From Candidatus Latescibacterota bacterium (lineage in GTDB: Bacteria; Latescibacterota; UBA2968), in NCBI GenBank assembly GCA_965204375.1, contig OZ241986.1:864001-928000 (forward strand): a DNA stretch of 64,000 nt, in the 5' to 3' direction. Of the stretch, positions 19,215-29,254 are shown one piece after another. Position numbers and translations under genes: made by a program. Under the pieces are notes generated by a model. That model was not told the origin of the DNA, did no database searches, and saw only the letters and a list, made by a program, of their open reading frames with translations. Numbering within the stretch: position 1 is the first letter of the stretch; each line of letters starts with the position of its first letter.

Positions 19215-20267
19215 TTATTGCGGTACAGCGCTGCTCATGAACCCTTCGTTTCTCACCAGTACCTGGAGATCCAGGTTTTTCATAGGGAAATCCACCCGGG
19301 CGTTGCCCAATCGCTCCGATTCATGAAGAGAAAGCACCATTTCCAACGCGGCCCGTCCATCTTCTCCAGTGGATATTGTATCCCGATCGCGGTCGAGGCT
19401 TTCTACGATCTCCTCGACTGACAACGGGATCACACATCGGCCCCTGTCCGTTGTATTCAGCTTGTGTTCCTCTGGTATTTCGGGGAATTTTTCCTCTTTA
19501 TTTCCAACGAAGAGTTTGAACTGACGTGGCCGTGTATTGGCCACCGTTATCCATCCCCTGGATCCCAACAATTCAAATAGGTGCTGGGCCCTTCCTCCGG
19601 TAGATCCATTCACAATACATTGTACGCCATTCTGAAACTGAAAGTACCCGGCGCCGCGGGGATCCAGCGCATCCGGATCTACCAGATGACCGGTTGCCCA
19701 CGCGACATCGCCTGCAAAGAAGCGCAGCATGTCAAAATAGTGGGTTCCGTTGTTAGCAAGCCCGGCGCTATACTGGAGCGTCATCGCCTGAAGAGAACCG
19801 ATGACCTCCTGATCAATTAACTCCTTAATTTTGCGAAATTGCCAATCCCATCGGCGCGTGTGGTTAATGCTCAGCTTTACATTGTTTCTCCGGCAAGCAT
19901 CAATCATTTCATCTGCCTCTCGCAACGTAGTCGCCATCGCCTTCTCACAGAATATGGCTTTTACCCCTGACTGAGCCGCGGCAACAACGATATCTCGATG
20001 CGGAATGGGATAGGTGCAAACACTCACGATATCCAGCTTCTCAGTATCCAGCATTTCCTGCCAATCTGTGTACAGACCCGGAACATCCCATTTGCCTCCA
20101 AAACTCTGTCGGCGTTCATCGTCCCGATCTGCTGTTGCGACAATACGGGTTCGATCACAGTGATCGTAACAACCCGCATGAGTGTTCGGCGTTCCGCGAT
20201 GTGTTTCCTGCTCCAGTAAACTCGCAATCCTGCCACAGCCGATAACACCAACATTATAAACTTGCAT
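19215..20267 (-). CDS. Gfo/Idh/MocA family oxidoreductase
   Basis: GVIGCGRIA, IFCEKAMA, NHTRRW, GTHYFD. Confidence 0.9.
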   Translation of the reverse strand: MQVYNVGVIGCGRIASLLEQETHRGTPNTHAGCYDHCDRTRIVATADRDDERRQSFGGKWDVPGLYTDWQEMLDTEKLDIVSVCTYPIPHRDIVVAAAQSGVKAIFCEKAMATTLREADEMIDACRRNNVKLSINHTRRWDWQFRKIKELIDQEVIGSLQAMTLQYSAGLANNGTHYFDMLRFFAGDVAWATGHLVDPDALDPRGAGYFQFQNGVQCIVNGSTGGRAQHLFELLGSRGWITVANTRPRQFKLFVGNKEEKFPEIPEEHKLNTTDRGRCVIPLSVEEIVESLDRDRDTISTGEDGRAALEMVLSLHESERLGNARVDFPMKNLDLQVLVRNEGFMSSAVPQ

Positions 20268-20442
20268 GGAAAATCTCCGTGAAAAATCGTGGGAAAACTC
20301 GTTGTCGAACGTTCAAGATCTCAGATCACAATCCAAACAAAGATTTCTACCTTCATCATTGTACCTTTTTGAAGTTTTTGTATTTTCAAAAACTTTAGTG
20401 CGCTCACCCCTGGTGAGTCCCAGACCCCGCGTACCGTCCTCT

Positions 20443-21558
20443 CTAGCCTACTTTCCCGCGGTCTTCCTGCCGCTCCAGCGGCAGTTCTTGCATAAATGTC
20501 CACTGACGGTCCCCCAGCTTTTGAAGCTGCGATTCGTCGAGTTCCATCCCTAGACCCGGACCTTTAGGCACGAGAAGGTAGCCATTTTCGTACTGGACCC
20601 GGTGTTTGACAACATCGTCAATGTAGAGTTGCGCACCAGCCGCATCGCCAGGGTAATCGAGGTTGGATACCGACGCGCCCAGATGCGCCTGTGCGGAGGT
20701 CCCAATAGAAAGTTCCTGAGTTGTGCCAATCAAGGTGGAGATTCCGGTAGCCTGTGCTATGGCGAAGATTTGGCGCGCTCGTTTGATGCCTTGGTGGCAG
20801 GTCGCAATATTGAAGATGTCGACAGCCTGTCCTTCCGCGAAAGCAATGGCCTGGGTCTCCTCGTTGACATGCTCACTGACCGGGAACCGGATGCGCTCAC
20901 GCACCTTTGCTTTGCCCGGGATGTCGGGTGCGGGACTTTCAACCAGGATCGGCTCGACCCACTGCAGACGCTCAACGGCGGCTACGCACGACTTCCAATC
21001 GAGTCGGCGGCTGAAGTCCAGTGATTTAACTTTGAATCGATCTCCATAACGATCGCGACACTCATGTAAGATCTGATTGTCGATTTCGAGATTTCCACCC
21101 ACGTAAAATCGGAACAGGTCGAATCCCAGCTCAAGCATTCGACCGACTCGCTCGACGTTGGGTGCGACGTCCGCCTCTTCGAATTGTCGAAAGATGGGGT
21201 AGCAGATTTTGTAGCGATCTCGGTAAGCACCTCCATAGAGGTCGTGAATTGGAATGCCCAAGCTCTTGGCCCGAAGGTCGTGAATCGCAATGTCCACACC
21301 TGCGCCAATCCGTCCCTTATATCCGTCGACGATCGGATCGATGGCGGTTGGATCGGATGGATCGATTCCGATCAACGATTTCCGAAGTATATACTCGAGA
21401 TGGTTGATGTCGGGTATGTCTCGGGTACTGAAGTCGGACATTTCGCCCGCACCGACTACACCATCGTCTGAGATGATACGGATGATAATGTGAGGACTAA
21501 GCGTACCGTTCTCTCGTCTTGTTCCGACTGCAAATAGATCGAGCTCTTTAATGGTCAA
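20443..21558 (-). CDS. Enolase superfamily, galactarate dehydratase II (Oceanobacillus OB2843)-like
   Basis: GEMSDFS, CYPIFR, FRFYVG (Arg-x-Tyr in place of KxK), KS.DFS, ESPAP, SEHV, GTTQELSIGT match the recalled GalrD-II pattern. Confidence 0.7.
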   Translation of the reverse strand: MTIKELDLFAVGTRRENGTLSPHIIIRIISDDGVVGAGEMSDFSTRDIPDINHLEYILRKSLIGIDPSDPTAIDPIVDGYKGRIGAGVDIAIHDLRAKSLGIPIHDLYGGAYRDRYKICYPIFRQFEEADVAPNVERVGRMLELGFDLFRFYVGGNLEIDNQILHECRDRYGDRFKVKSLDFSRRLDWKSCVAAVERLQWVEPILVESPAPDIPGKAKVRERIRFPVSEHVNEETQAIAFAEGQAVDIFNIATCHQGIKRARQIFAIAQATGISTLIGTTQELSIGTSAQAHLGASVSNLDYPGDAAGAQLYIDDVVKHRVQYENGYLLVPKGPGLGMELDESQLQKLGDRQWTFMQELPLERQEDRGKVG

Positions 21559-21628
21559 AGCAGACTCCTTTCATCGATCGTCTCAGAAGCACCAATACGA
21601 ATAGAGCGACTTAATTTCTCACGCCAGT

Positions 21629-22480
21629 TTATGCGCCATCATAATCGTAGGGCCGGTTTCGGAAGAGGTAGTCTATTGGTTCATCTACAAAAATTGTGTT
21701 CGGGTCCAGGTCGCTTTCTGCAAAGGCGGTTTCACAACCAGTATTGAATTGGAGAGGAGGAAGGCGACGCATCCAGTGGCAGGAGTAGATCGCTGCGATC
21801 ATGAACCGCGTTTGATCGGAGAGATTTGGCATTCCCCGGTGCCAGAGCCGGGGATCGCGGAGCAGAATGCTTCCCTTTTTTGTATTCCCCCGGACAGGCG
21901 GTACCACTTTCCGGCGTGCTTCCTGCAGGTGTTCTGCGACCTTGATATCATCTCCAACTACCTTTTGCGTTTCCAGATGGGAGCCGGGCCAGAGTTCGAT
22001 ACTTCCGTTGGCTTCGGTCACTTCGTCCAGGGCAATATTGACAATGACTTTGGACGGCGGGTGCGCAACATCCAGGTTCGGCCAGAGTTGTCCCGAATCG
22101 ACATGTACCGGCTGGAGCTTGCTGCCCGGCAAGTTGGTGTTGCCGGTGTAGCGATTGTTGAAGATCCCCTCGCCGAGCAGGGCTTTCGAGAGCTGGACCA
22201 CCCATGGGTTCGCTATAACGTCGCGAAAGACGTACGGAGGAAAGGGGGGCGGATCCTGCTGGACGTTTCCCCAAACGAAGTTATGAGGCGGCGCAGGGGC
22301 ATTCATGATCTTCTCTATGTCTTCGGTCATCCGTTCACAGAGAAGGTCGAGGTGTTCGTGCGCGACCACTGCATTGAGGACGATGTAGCCTTCCGTTCGA
22401 ATGGCATTGAGGGCCTGTTTCAGGTGCGCGTCGGTAAGAGATTCGGCTGCGTGCTCTTCCGGTGTGACGGTGATTTCCAC
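21629..22480 (-). CDS. PhyH family dioxygenase (KanJ-like)
   Basis: GTG start with GGAG/AAGAG RBS; GNTNLPGS..QPVHVD, NGSIELWPGSH, RD.RLWHRG.PN. Confidence 0.85.
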   Translation of the reverse strand: MEITVTPEEHAAESLTDAHLKQALNAIRTEGYIVLNAVVAHEHLDLLCERMTEDIEKIMNAPAPPHNFVWGNVQQDPPPFPPYVFRDVIANPWVVQLSKALLGEGIFNNRYTGNTNLPGSKLQPVHVDSGQLWPNLDVAHPPSKVIVNIALDEVTEANGSIELWPGSHLETQKVVGDDIKVAEHLQEARRKVVPPVRGNTKKGSILLRDPRLWHRGMPNLSDQTRFMIAAIYSCHWMRRLPPLQFNTGCETAFAESDLDPNTIFVDEPIDYLFRNRPYDYDGA

Positions 22481-22545
22481 GGCTACTCTTCTCCTGTCAT
22501 TAAACGATTGAGACAGTACTGGCCAACAATGTCTATTCGTCATCT

Positions 22546-24945
22546 CTATAAACGTCTGAGTGCCTTTACTGGGTCGGAATTCGCTGCACGAAGCGTCTGC
22601 GACCCAACTACTGTGAGAACAACTGCTGCCATCACGGCAACAACACCACCGAACAGCCACGGACTCATTGTGGTTCGGAGGGGGAACTGGTTTAACCAGA
22701 GGTGGTTTGCAAACCACGCAGCAGGAGCTGCAAGTAGAACCGCCACAACAAGCATCAAGAGAAAATCCTTTGACAAGAGCACAGCGATCTGCCAAGAACT
22801 CGCTCCCAGAACCTTACGTATTGCAACTGCCTTGACCTGCATTTCCGTGACATGCATAGCGATTCCCAACATGCCAAGTAAGGCCAAAAGCACCCCGAAA
22901 GCGCTAATCAGAGTAATGATATGCAAAACATCGGAATAGATTCCAGCGGGCATTCCTTTTTGGATTTGCGTCGTAAACAGATCGTACTCCACTTTCCAAG
23001 GACTTCCTAACTCAGCCCAGACCTGTTCGAGGTGCGCAACCGCCTCAGGCATATGGCCGGGTAACACGCGCACGTTTGCCCACTGTATCCCCGCTGGCTC
23101 ACAGAACAGTATGACAGGATCAATATCCATGCCTATGCCATATGTCTGAAAGTCTTCCAGAATCCCCACAATGGTAGGTTTCGTGTTCTTCCCTAACACG
23201 TTCAAGATTTGACCTATCGCTTGCTCTTCGTTTTCCAGACCTAGCAGCCGAGTAGCGGTTCTATTGAGCAGCACACTCCTGTGAATATCCGACGGGCGAT
23301 TGAAGTAACGGCCTGCAAGTAGCTTGAGTTTCAGGTTCGAAACAAAATTGTAGTCCACTCTTAATTCGAAAACTGTCTTAGGATCACCTCTCCCAATCTT
23401 CACCAAACGTGGTGATCGCGTACCCTGCATTAGAAGATGTGAGGAACCAGAAATGAGCTCCACTGAGGGCGATTGCTCCATCGCCTGCCGGAACACATCG
23501 TAGCCCACTCCCTGAAGCCGTACGTTCACTATATTTTCATGATCAAATCCATAGTCGGACGATACCATATATCGGAACTGCTGGTACACGAACAGGGTCG
23601 AGAGGACGAAGAATAACGACATGCCAAACTGCCCCACCACAAACATCCGATTGAATGACTTGGCTCGATCCTTTGTAAAACTTCCTCCCTTCAAGATCAA
23701 GACTGGGACGAATCGGGAAAGATGAAGTGCGGGGTAGGTGCCCGCAAGAATGCCTACGCCTACGCTGAAGCCAAGGACAGTGAGATAGACCGTCAGATCT
23801 TTGAGAACGTCGAGCTTGATGCGGGCCAAGGGAAAAAGTGAAGTAAAGTACATCTCGTTGAAAGCAGGAATTAACCATACCAACAACCACATGGCAAAAA
23901 ACGTCGCCAGCAATACTGTTAGAATCGACTCCATCAAGATTTGGCCAATGATCTGTCTGCGATATGCACCTACGACTTTCCGAATTGCCACCTCGTGGGC
24001 TCTGGCCATTGCTCTGGCCACAATTAAGTTGGTATAATTGTAGCACGCCCCTATCAGTATTATAGCGGCCAGAACACTAACAAAATAAACAGCCATGCCA
24101 GGAACCATCCAACTAAGTTGGTTAACTCTCATGACGCTCAGGTTGACGTCGGTCAGTAATTGGACACTTGCCCTCTCTATCTGATGATCTGTACCAGGCT
24201 GGTAGTGGTCTTGAATGATCTGTGTTAAGTATCTTTCCAGGACCGTTGGGTCGGTACCTTCTCGTAAGACCAAGAATGTGTATGTGTCATTCATGCCATC
24301 GCTCCACTGAGGAATGCTTCCGTCGGGTGGCGCAAATTTCAAGGTCTCAAACGACACCAGGATCTGAAACCGTACATAGCTAGCCCCTGGCTGATCCGCC
24401 AGGACGCCCGTTACCTTGTATGGCGTCTGTCCGATCATCACAGTCTGATTCAGTGGGCTGGAATCTCCAAAGAGTGCAACCGACTGGTTCTGCGAAAGCA
24501 CGATGGAATTGGGTTCGGAAAGCGCGGTAGCGGGATTCCCCTCCACAAGAGCGAAATCGAATACCTCGAAAAACGACGGCTCGGCATAAAGGCCAGACAC
24601 TTTAATTTGACGGCCGGGAAAGCCCATGGAACCACGGAATCTGCGTACCCGTGTCGTCACTTCTACATCTGGGCAGACATCTTGAAGAAGCGAAGCAAGA
24701 CTCACAGGTGTCGTTGCGTAGGAGCTAACACTACCAGGGTGGGCGGGCGAACCGTAGTCGCAGATGGTGAGATAGATACGATCTGCCTTCTTGTGCCATG
24801 CATCAGACGTTTTTTGGTATGACACAAACAAGATGATCAGCAGGCAGATCGACAGACTTGCTCCTAGTCCAAAAACGTTGATCATTGACAAGATTTTATT
24901 TTTCAACAGATTCCGAACCGCTACAACCAGATAATTACGCAGCAT
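22546..24945 (-). CDS. Duplicated MacB/FtsX-type ABC transporter permease
   Basis: MLRNYLVVAVRNL, two MacB-PCD/FtsX halves, EVAIRKVVGA, AIRKVLGAS, PVKALR. Confidence 0.9.
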   Translation of the reverse strand: MLRNYLVVAVRNLLKNKILSMINVFGLGASLSICLLIILFVSYQKTSDAWHKKADRIYLTICDYGSPAHPGSVSSYATTPVSLASLLQDVCPDVEVTTRVRRFRGSMGFPGRQIKVSGLYAEPSFFEVFDFALVEGNPATALSEPNSIVLSQNQSVALFGDSSPLNQTVMIGQTPYKVTGVLADQPGASYVRFQILVSFETLKFAPPDGSIPQWSDGMNDTYTFLVLREGTDPTVLERYLTQIIQDHYQPGTDHQIERASVQLLTDVNLSVMRVNQLSWMVPGMAVYFVSVLAAIILIGACYNYTNLIVARAMARAHEVAIRKVVGAYRRQIIGQILMESILTVLLATFFAMWLLVWLIPAFNEMYFTSLFPLARIKLDVLKDLTVYLTVLGFSVGVGILAGTYPALHLSRFVPVLILKGGSFTKDRAKSFNRMFVVGQFGMSLFFVLSTLFVYQQFRYMVSSDYGFDHENIVNVRLQGVGYDVFRQAMEQSPSVELISGSSHLLMQGTRSPRLVKIGRGDPKTVFELRVDYNFVSNLKLKLLAGRYFNRPSDIHRSVLLNRTATRLLGLENEEQAIGQILNVLGKNTKPTIVGILEDFQTYGIGMDIDPVILFCEPAGIQWANVRVLPGHMPEAVAHLEQVWAELGSPWKVEYDLFTTQIQKGMPAGIYSDVLHIITLISAFGVLLALLGMLGIAMHVTEMQVKAVAIRKVLGASSWQIAVLLSKDFLLMLVVAVLLAAPAAWFANHLWLNQFPLRTTMSPWLFGGVVAVMAAVVLTVVGSQTLRAANSDPVKALRRL

Positions 24946-25032
24946 TATAGCCTCTTAAAGTTTGACTCGATTTGGTGTGTACCTTAGATCCTATATGAAA
25001 GATAAGAAGAAGAGACATAAAAAAGATGAGCG

Positions 25033-26067
25033 CTATTTTGTCGGATCCTCCGACACCCGAATAACAAGCTTACCAAAATTTTCACCTTTGAGCAGACCAA
25101 TCAAAGCTTCGGGCGCGTTTTCCAAACCATCGACAATATCTTCCTTGTAGCGCAATTTGTCTTCACGAATCCACCCGCCTAAAGTGCTAAAAGCTTCTTC
25201 CGTTTGGTCCGCAAAGTCCGAGACAATGAAACCCCGAAAGGTGAGTCGTTTGGTGAGAATCTGGCGCAGCATATAATGCATCTGGTTGGGACCGGGTGGC
25301 AATCCCGTGTCATTGGCAATGGCGATGGTGCCACATACGGGTATCCGGGCAAAGGGGTTGAACAACGGCAACACCGTCTCAAACACCTTGCCAGCCACAT
25401 TCTCAAAATAAACATCAATCCCGTCTGGACAAGCACCAGCGATTTGTTCTTCAAAATCGTCGGCTCTGTGGTTCACACACGCATCGAATCCAAACGCATC
25501 GGTAACATACCGGCATTTTTCTTCAGACCCCGCGATGCCTACGGCCCGCGCACCTTTGATCTTAGCGATTTGCCCAACCACCGAACCCACCGCTCCCGAG
25601 GCAGCCGCCACGACGACTGTCTCATCGGATTGCGGTTTGCCGATATTGAGCAGCCCCGTGTATGCGGTCATGCCCGGCATGCCCAGCACGCCCACTGAGG
25701 TAGAGATCGGCCCCCAGGCCGGATCGATCTTGCGCAGCGCTTTTCCAGGGAGAGCGAAAAGGGATTGCCACCCGCCCTTGCCCTCCACGATGTCGCCCTC
25801 AGCAAATTCCGCATCGTTTGAGGCGATCACCTTTCCCACGCAACCGCCCTCCATCACCATGCCAAGTTCGACCGGTTTGGCATAGTTTTTCGACGCACTC
25901 ATCCTTCCGCGCATGTAGGGATCCAGAGAAAGATAAATCGTCTGGCACAAAACTTCACCCTCACCAGGGGCAGGCACGTCGGATTCCACCAGTTGGAAAT
26001 CACTTGGTTTCGGTTCTCCCTCGGGACGAGCAACCAGCAAGATTTGACGGTTTTTTAGATCGGACAT
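25033..26067 (-). CDS. NADP-dependent oxidoreductase (CurA/PTGR-like MDR)
   Basis: YLSLDPYMRGRM, GMPGMTAY.GL, AASGAVGS, DVYFENV, GENFGKLV. Confidence 0.9.
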   Translation of the reverse strand: MSDLKNRQILLVARPEGEPKPSDFQLVESDVPAPGEGEVLCQTIYLSLDPYMRGRMSASKNYAKPVELGMVMEGGCVGKVIASNDAEFAEGDIVEGKGGWQSLFALPGKALRKIDPAWGPISTSVGVLGMPGMTAYTGLLNIGKPQSDETVVVAAASGAVGSVVGQIAKIKGARAVGIAGSEEKCRYVTDAFGFDACVNHRADDFEEQIAGACPDGIDVYFENVAGKVFETVLPLFNPFARIPVCGTIAIANDTGLPPGPNQMHYMLRQILTKRLTFRGFIVSDFADQTEEAFSTLGGWIREDKLRYKEDIVDGLENAPEALIGLLKGENFGKLVIRVSEDPTK

Positions 26068-26093
26068 ATGTATTCCCTTATTAAGTGAAAGTC

Positions 26094-26939
26094 TCAAATT
26101 CGTGTGAATTTTTGCAGTCGGTTGGGTTGGTAGGGCACTTCGGTGACGTAAATATCACCGCGACTATCAACACAGATGCCGTGCGCGGGATCGATAAACT
26201 GCCCGGGGTCTGAGCCTTCCTCACCCCAGCGTGCCAGCAGCGCACCTTCCAGGTCAAAAATGCTGACGCGATGGGGTGCTTCGGCAATATAGACAATATG
26301 ATCTGCATCGATGTGAATGTTATTCGGCGATTGGATATCTGTCCACTCCTCTATAAAGTTCCCATCAAAATCGAAAAGCTGAATGCGGTGGTTTGTTCGG
26401 TCGCTTACAAGCACACGGTCGCGTGGGTCAATGCATAAATCGTGCGGCAGGGCAAACTGGCCGGGTCCCGTGCCTTCCTCGCCCCAGGAAAGAATCCATT
26501 CGCCTTGCGCTGAAAAACGATGCACCCGGTGCTGGCCGTATCCGTCCGAAACAAATATCTCACCTGAGGGAGCGGCCATTGCCTTGGTTGGCCTGTTGAA
26601 CGGCTCGCCCGGTGAACCTGTCTGGCCTGGCATCCCCAGGGTCTGAAGCACTTCTCCATCCGTGCTGAAGACACGCACAGTATGATCGTCAACATCCGCA
26701 CAATAAATCCGATCCGCCGGGTCGATCCAGATATTATGCGGATTTAAGAGCACATCATCACCCCATGCACCGAGAAAGCGACCTTCCGAATCATAGACCA
26801 GAATACTCGCAGGCTCTCGCAGGGTGACATAAACGCGATCCTGGGAGTCAACTGCCACATCGGGCACGACCCCACCCATCTCTTTCCCTTCGGGACCTCG
26901 CCCCCACCCTTCAACAACGCGGTATTGATAAGTTGCCAT
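26094..26939 (-). CDS. NHL-repeat protein (peptidyl-alpha-hydroxyglycine lyase-like)
   Basis: Repeated P...VD..DRVYV, FVSDGYG, GPGQFALPH, DRTNHRIQ. Confidence 0.85.
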   Translation of the reverse strand: MATYQYRVVEGWGRGPEGKEMGGVVPDVAVDSQDRVYVTLREPASILVYDSEGRFLGAWGDDVLLNPHNIWIDPADRIYCADVDDHTVRVFSTDGEVLQTLGMPGQTGSPGEPFNRPTKAMAAPSGEIFVSDGYGQHRVHRFSAQGEWILSWGEEGTGPGQFALPHDLCIDPRDRVLVSDRTNHRIQLFDFDGNFIEEWTDIQSPNNIHIDADHIVYIAEAPHRVSIFDLEGALLARWGEEGSDPGQFIDPAHGICVDSRGDIYVTEVPYQPNRLQKFTRI

Positions 26940-26965
26940 CGTGTACTCCTTTCAGATATGCCCGA

Positions 26966-27793
26966 CTACCTGTCCAGTTTAACCCAATCGGGCCAAACGC
27001 TGGCAAAAAATGCTCGCTGGATGCCTCGTACGCTCTCTCCGCCGTCAACAACGAGATTGGAGCCTACACTGAAGTTTCCTGCTTGCGAAGCGAGAAAGAT
27101 GGCCATGCCTGCGATGTTTTCCTTCTCTCCAACCCGCTTGCCCGGAATGTTCTTCTTCATCTCGTCTGTGTGATCCCGAGCCACCTTATTCAAATCGCTG
27201 GGAAAATCACCGGGGGAGATGGTATTGACTTGAATCCCTTCCCAGGCCAAACTATCACCTAAGTGTCTGCCCAAATGGATCACACCTGCTTTGCTGGCTC
27301 CGTAGGCATAATTGTAAGCTGTGTTGAGTTTACCACAGCCGTCGATAGACGCGATATTGATCACATTGCTCGGTGTTTCTGGCGAAGCCTCCACGCGCAG
27401 GAATGGCAGAAATGCCTGGGTCATAAAAAAGATGCTTTTGAGATTGAGATCCATAACCGCGTCCCATGTTTCCTCCGTCACATCCTCGATCTCCCTGCGA
27501 CCATCGCTGATTCCAGCATTGTTGACCAAAATATCGAGCGACTGTTCTCGTTCACCGTAGGCCTTTGCCAGCGCCTTGATTCCGGAGACTGAACTTACAT
27601 CGGCTGCGATATACTCGCAGGAGCCGATTTGTGCAAGTTCCTCCTGTTTCTTTTTTAGAACATCTTCTCTCCGCGCGACAATGTAAACCTTCGCCCCAAA
27701 ATTGACAAAGCCTTCGGCTATCATCGCTCCGATGCCAGTCGAACCACCAGTCACCAGTGCGGTTTTTCCCGCCAGTGAAAATAGATCTTTCAT
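26966..27793 (-). CDS. Short-chain dehydrogenase/reductase
   Basis: TGGSTGIG, NNAG, YGASK; start ATG 27793 with GGAG RBS. Confidence 0.9.
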   Translation of the reverse strand: MKDLFSLAGKTALVTGGSTGIGAMIAEGFVNFGAKVYIVARREDVLKKKQEELAQIGSCEYIAADVSSVSGIKALAKAYGEREQSLDILVNNAGISDGRREIEDVTEETWDAVMDLNLKSIFFMTQAFLPFLRVEASPETPSNVINIASIDGCGKLNTAYNYAYGASKAGVIHLGRHLGDSLAWEGIQVNTISPGDFPSDLNKVARDHTDEMKKNIPGKRVGEKENIAGMAIFLASQAGNFSVGSNLVVDGGESVRGIQRAFFASVWPDWVKLDR

Positions 27794-27837
27794 TTTCGAT
27801 TCTCCGTGAGGATAATGATTACGTTGGGTCGTTTCAT
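27790..27837 (-). pseudogene. 5' stub of a sulfatase gene
   Basis: AAGGAG RBS then MKRPNVIIILT-ENRK*, a classic sulfatase N-terminus; its stop overlaps the SDR ATG. Confidence 0.7.
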
Positions 27838-27839
27838 TC

Positions 27840-29192
27840 TTAATTTGCTCCTTGTTGAGCAGGTCTGTTTCTATTTCTCCGAGGTCTTCTAATCCTTGGC
27901 GCCATCTGGCTTCTCCAGGCCTTGAACTTTTTTTGTAGCCGCTGAACAATTTCCGGTTGCTGGTTTGCCAGATCATTTTTCTCACCTATATCTGCATCCA
28001 GATCGTACAATTCCAGCTTCTTAGACCTGCTAAATGTAAGCTTCCATTTCCCTTCCCGAATCGCCCAGGTTCCCGAATCGCCATCCCAATACAACGCATC
28101 GTGCAATGCCCCTTCTGTTTTACCTTGCAAGACTGGCAACATATTTTTGCCATCGTAGATACGGTCTTCGGGCAATGGAATGCCAATAGCTGCACAGACA
28201 GTCGGCAAAATATCCATACAAATAACCGGTTCATCACACACACCACCTGCTTCCAAATGCCCTGGCCAGGACACGAGAAACGGCACGCGTAGCCCTCCCT
28301 CATAGACATTTTGTTTGTAACCGCGTAGGGGCATATTGTTTGCATTTGTGGCCCTTGCACCACCATTATCTGAAAAATAAAAGATGAGTGTATTTTCCCA
28401 CACGCCATTGGCCTTGAGCGCTGCCACCACATCGCCAACAGCGATATCCATTCTTTTGAGCATGCCCATCAAGATATCGCGTTTGGAATCTCCTGTATTA
28501 AATTGTTTGATGTCCTCTTCGGGCGCTTGCAACGGCGCATGCACGGCATTAAAAGGAAGATAGAGAAAGAATGGGTCGTTTTTGTTTCGTTCTATGAAGC
28601 CAACAGCCTCTCGGGCCAGATTATCGGTCAAGTACCCGGTATCATTGATGATCTCTTTATTTCGATATATTGCATTATGGGCGTTGTCCTCTTTATAATT
28701 CAAATCGAAATAGTCGTGCGCTCCATGCCCCAAAAATCCGTAAAATTCATCAAATCCACGGTTGTTCGGATGATATTCAGGCGTTAAACCCAAATGCCAT
28801 TTTCCAAATACACCCGTCCTGTACCCCGCTTTTTTGAGTAGATCTGCAAGTGTAATTTCATCAACCGGCATACCGGCGCGTGAGTCACTGGCCGTATAAA
28901 AACCAAAGCGCTGCTGGTATCGACCGGTCATCAAACCCGCCCTGGTGGGCGCACATACAAAGGCACTGGCATATCCATTTGTCATTCGAATGCCCGAGTT
29001 GGCTAGTGCGTCGATATGTGGTGTATAGACTTCTGCGGGATGTGCCTGGTAACTCACATCTCCAAAGCCCTGATCATCTGACAAAATCACCACGATGTTT
29101 GGTCGTTTGGCCTCTTCGGCCCATATAAAAGGACTTGCTATCATTCCAGATACTCCTATTCCCAACGTTTTTAAAGCGGCGCGTCGATCCAT
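27840..29192 (-). CDS. Sulfatase with twin-arginine (Tat) signal
   Basis: MDRRAALK, RPNIVVILSDD, CAPTRAGLMTG, GKWHLG, FSDNG. Confidence 0.9.
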   Translation of the reverse strand: MDRRAALKTLGIGVSGMIASPFIWAEEAKRPNIVVILSDDQGFGDVSYQAHPAEVYTPHIDALANSGIRMTNGYASAFVCAPTRAGLMTGRYQQRFGFYTASDSRAGMPVDEITLADLLKKAGYRTGVFGKWHLGLTPEYHPNNRGFDEFYGFLGHGAHDYFDLNYKEDNAHNAIYRNKEIINDTGYLTDNLAREAVGFIERNKNDPFFLYLPFNAVHAPLQAPEEDIKQFNTGDSKRDILMGMLKRMDIAVGDVVAALKANGVWENTLIFYFSDNGGARATNANNMPLRGYKQNVYEGGLRVPFLVSWPGHLEAGGVCDEPVICMDILPTVCAAIGIPLPEDRIYDGKNMLPVLQGKTEGALHDALYWDGDSGTWAIREGKWKLTFSRSKKLELYDLDADIGEKNDLANQQPEIVQRLQKKFKAWRSQMAPRIRRPRRNRNRPAQQGAN

Positions 29193-29254
29193 ATTGTAAC
29201 GCTCCTTTTCTGTTTTTGGAATTCTTGGCTGTAGCGCTGGTTGGTGGAGCAAAC

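Noticed and set aside
20309-20319. ACGTTCAAGAT matching part of the duplicated segment
   Set aside because: An 11-mer match to some part of a 126-bp query is expected by chance in 64 kb; flanks do not align.
20372-20395. AAGTTTTTG-N6-CAAAAACTT hairpin
   Set aside because: AT-rich weak stem with no second copy; function cannot be assigned.
21749-22939. 396-aa + strand ORF (also 33919..34941, 42462..43457, 46535..47443 and similar)
   Set aside because: Antisense or alternative-frame shadows of well-supported genes, with no motifs.
19215-26939. Flanking direct repeats for genes in this stretch, and for 3648..5824 and 33948..43592
   Set aside because: Only 3-6 bp matches with several competing options, at chance level, so not counted as evidence.
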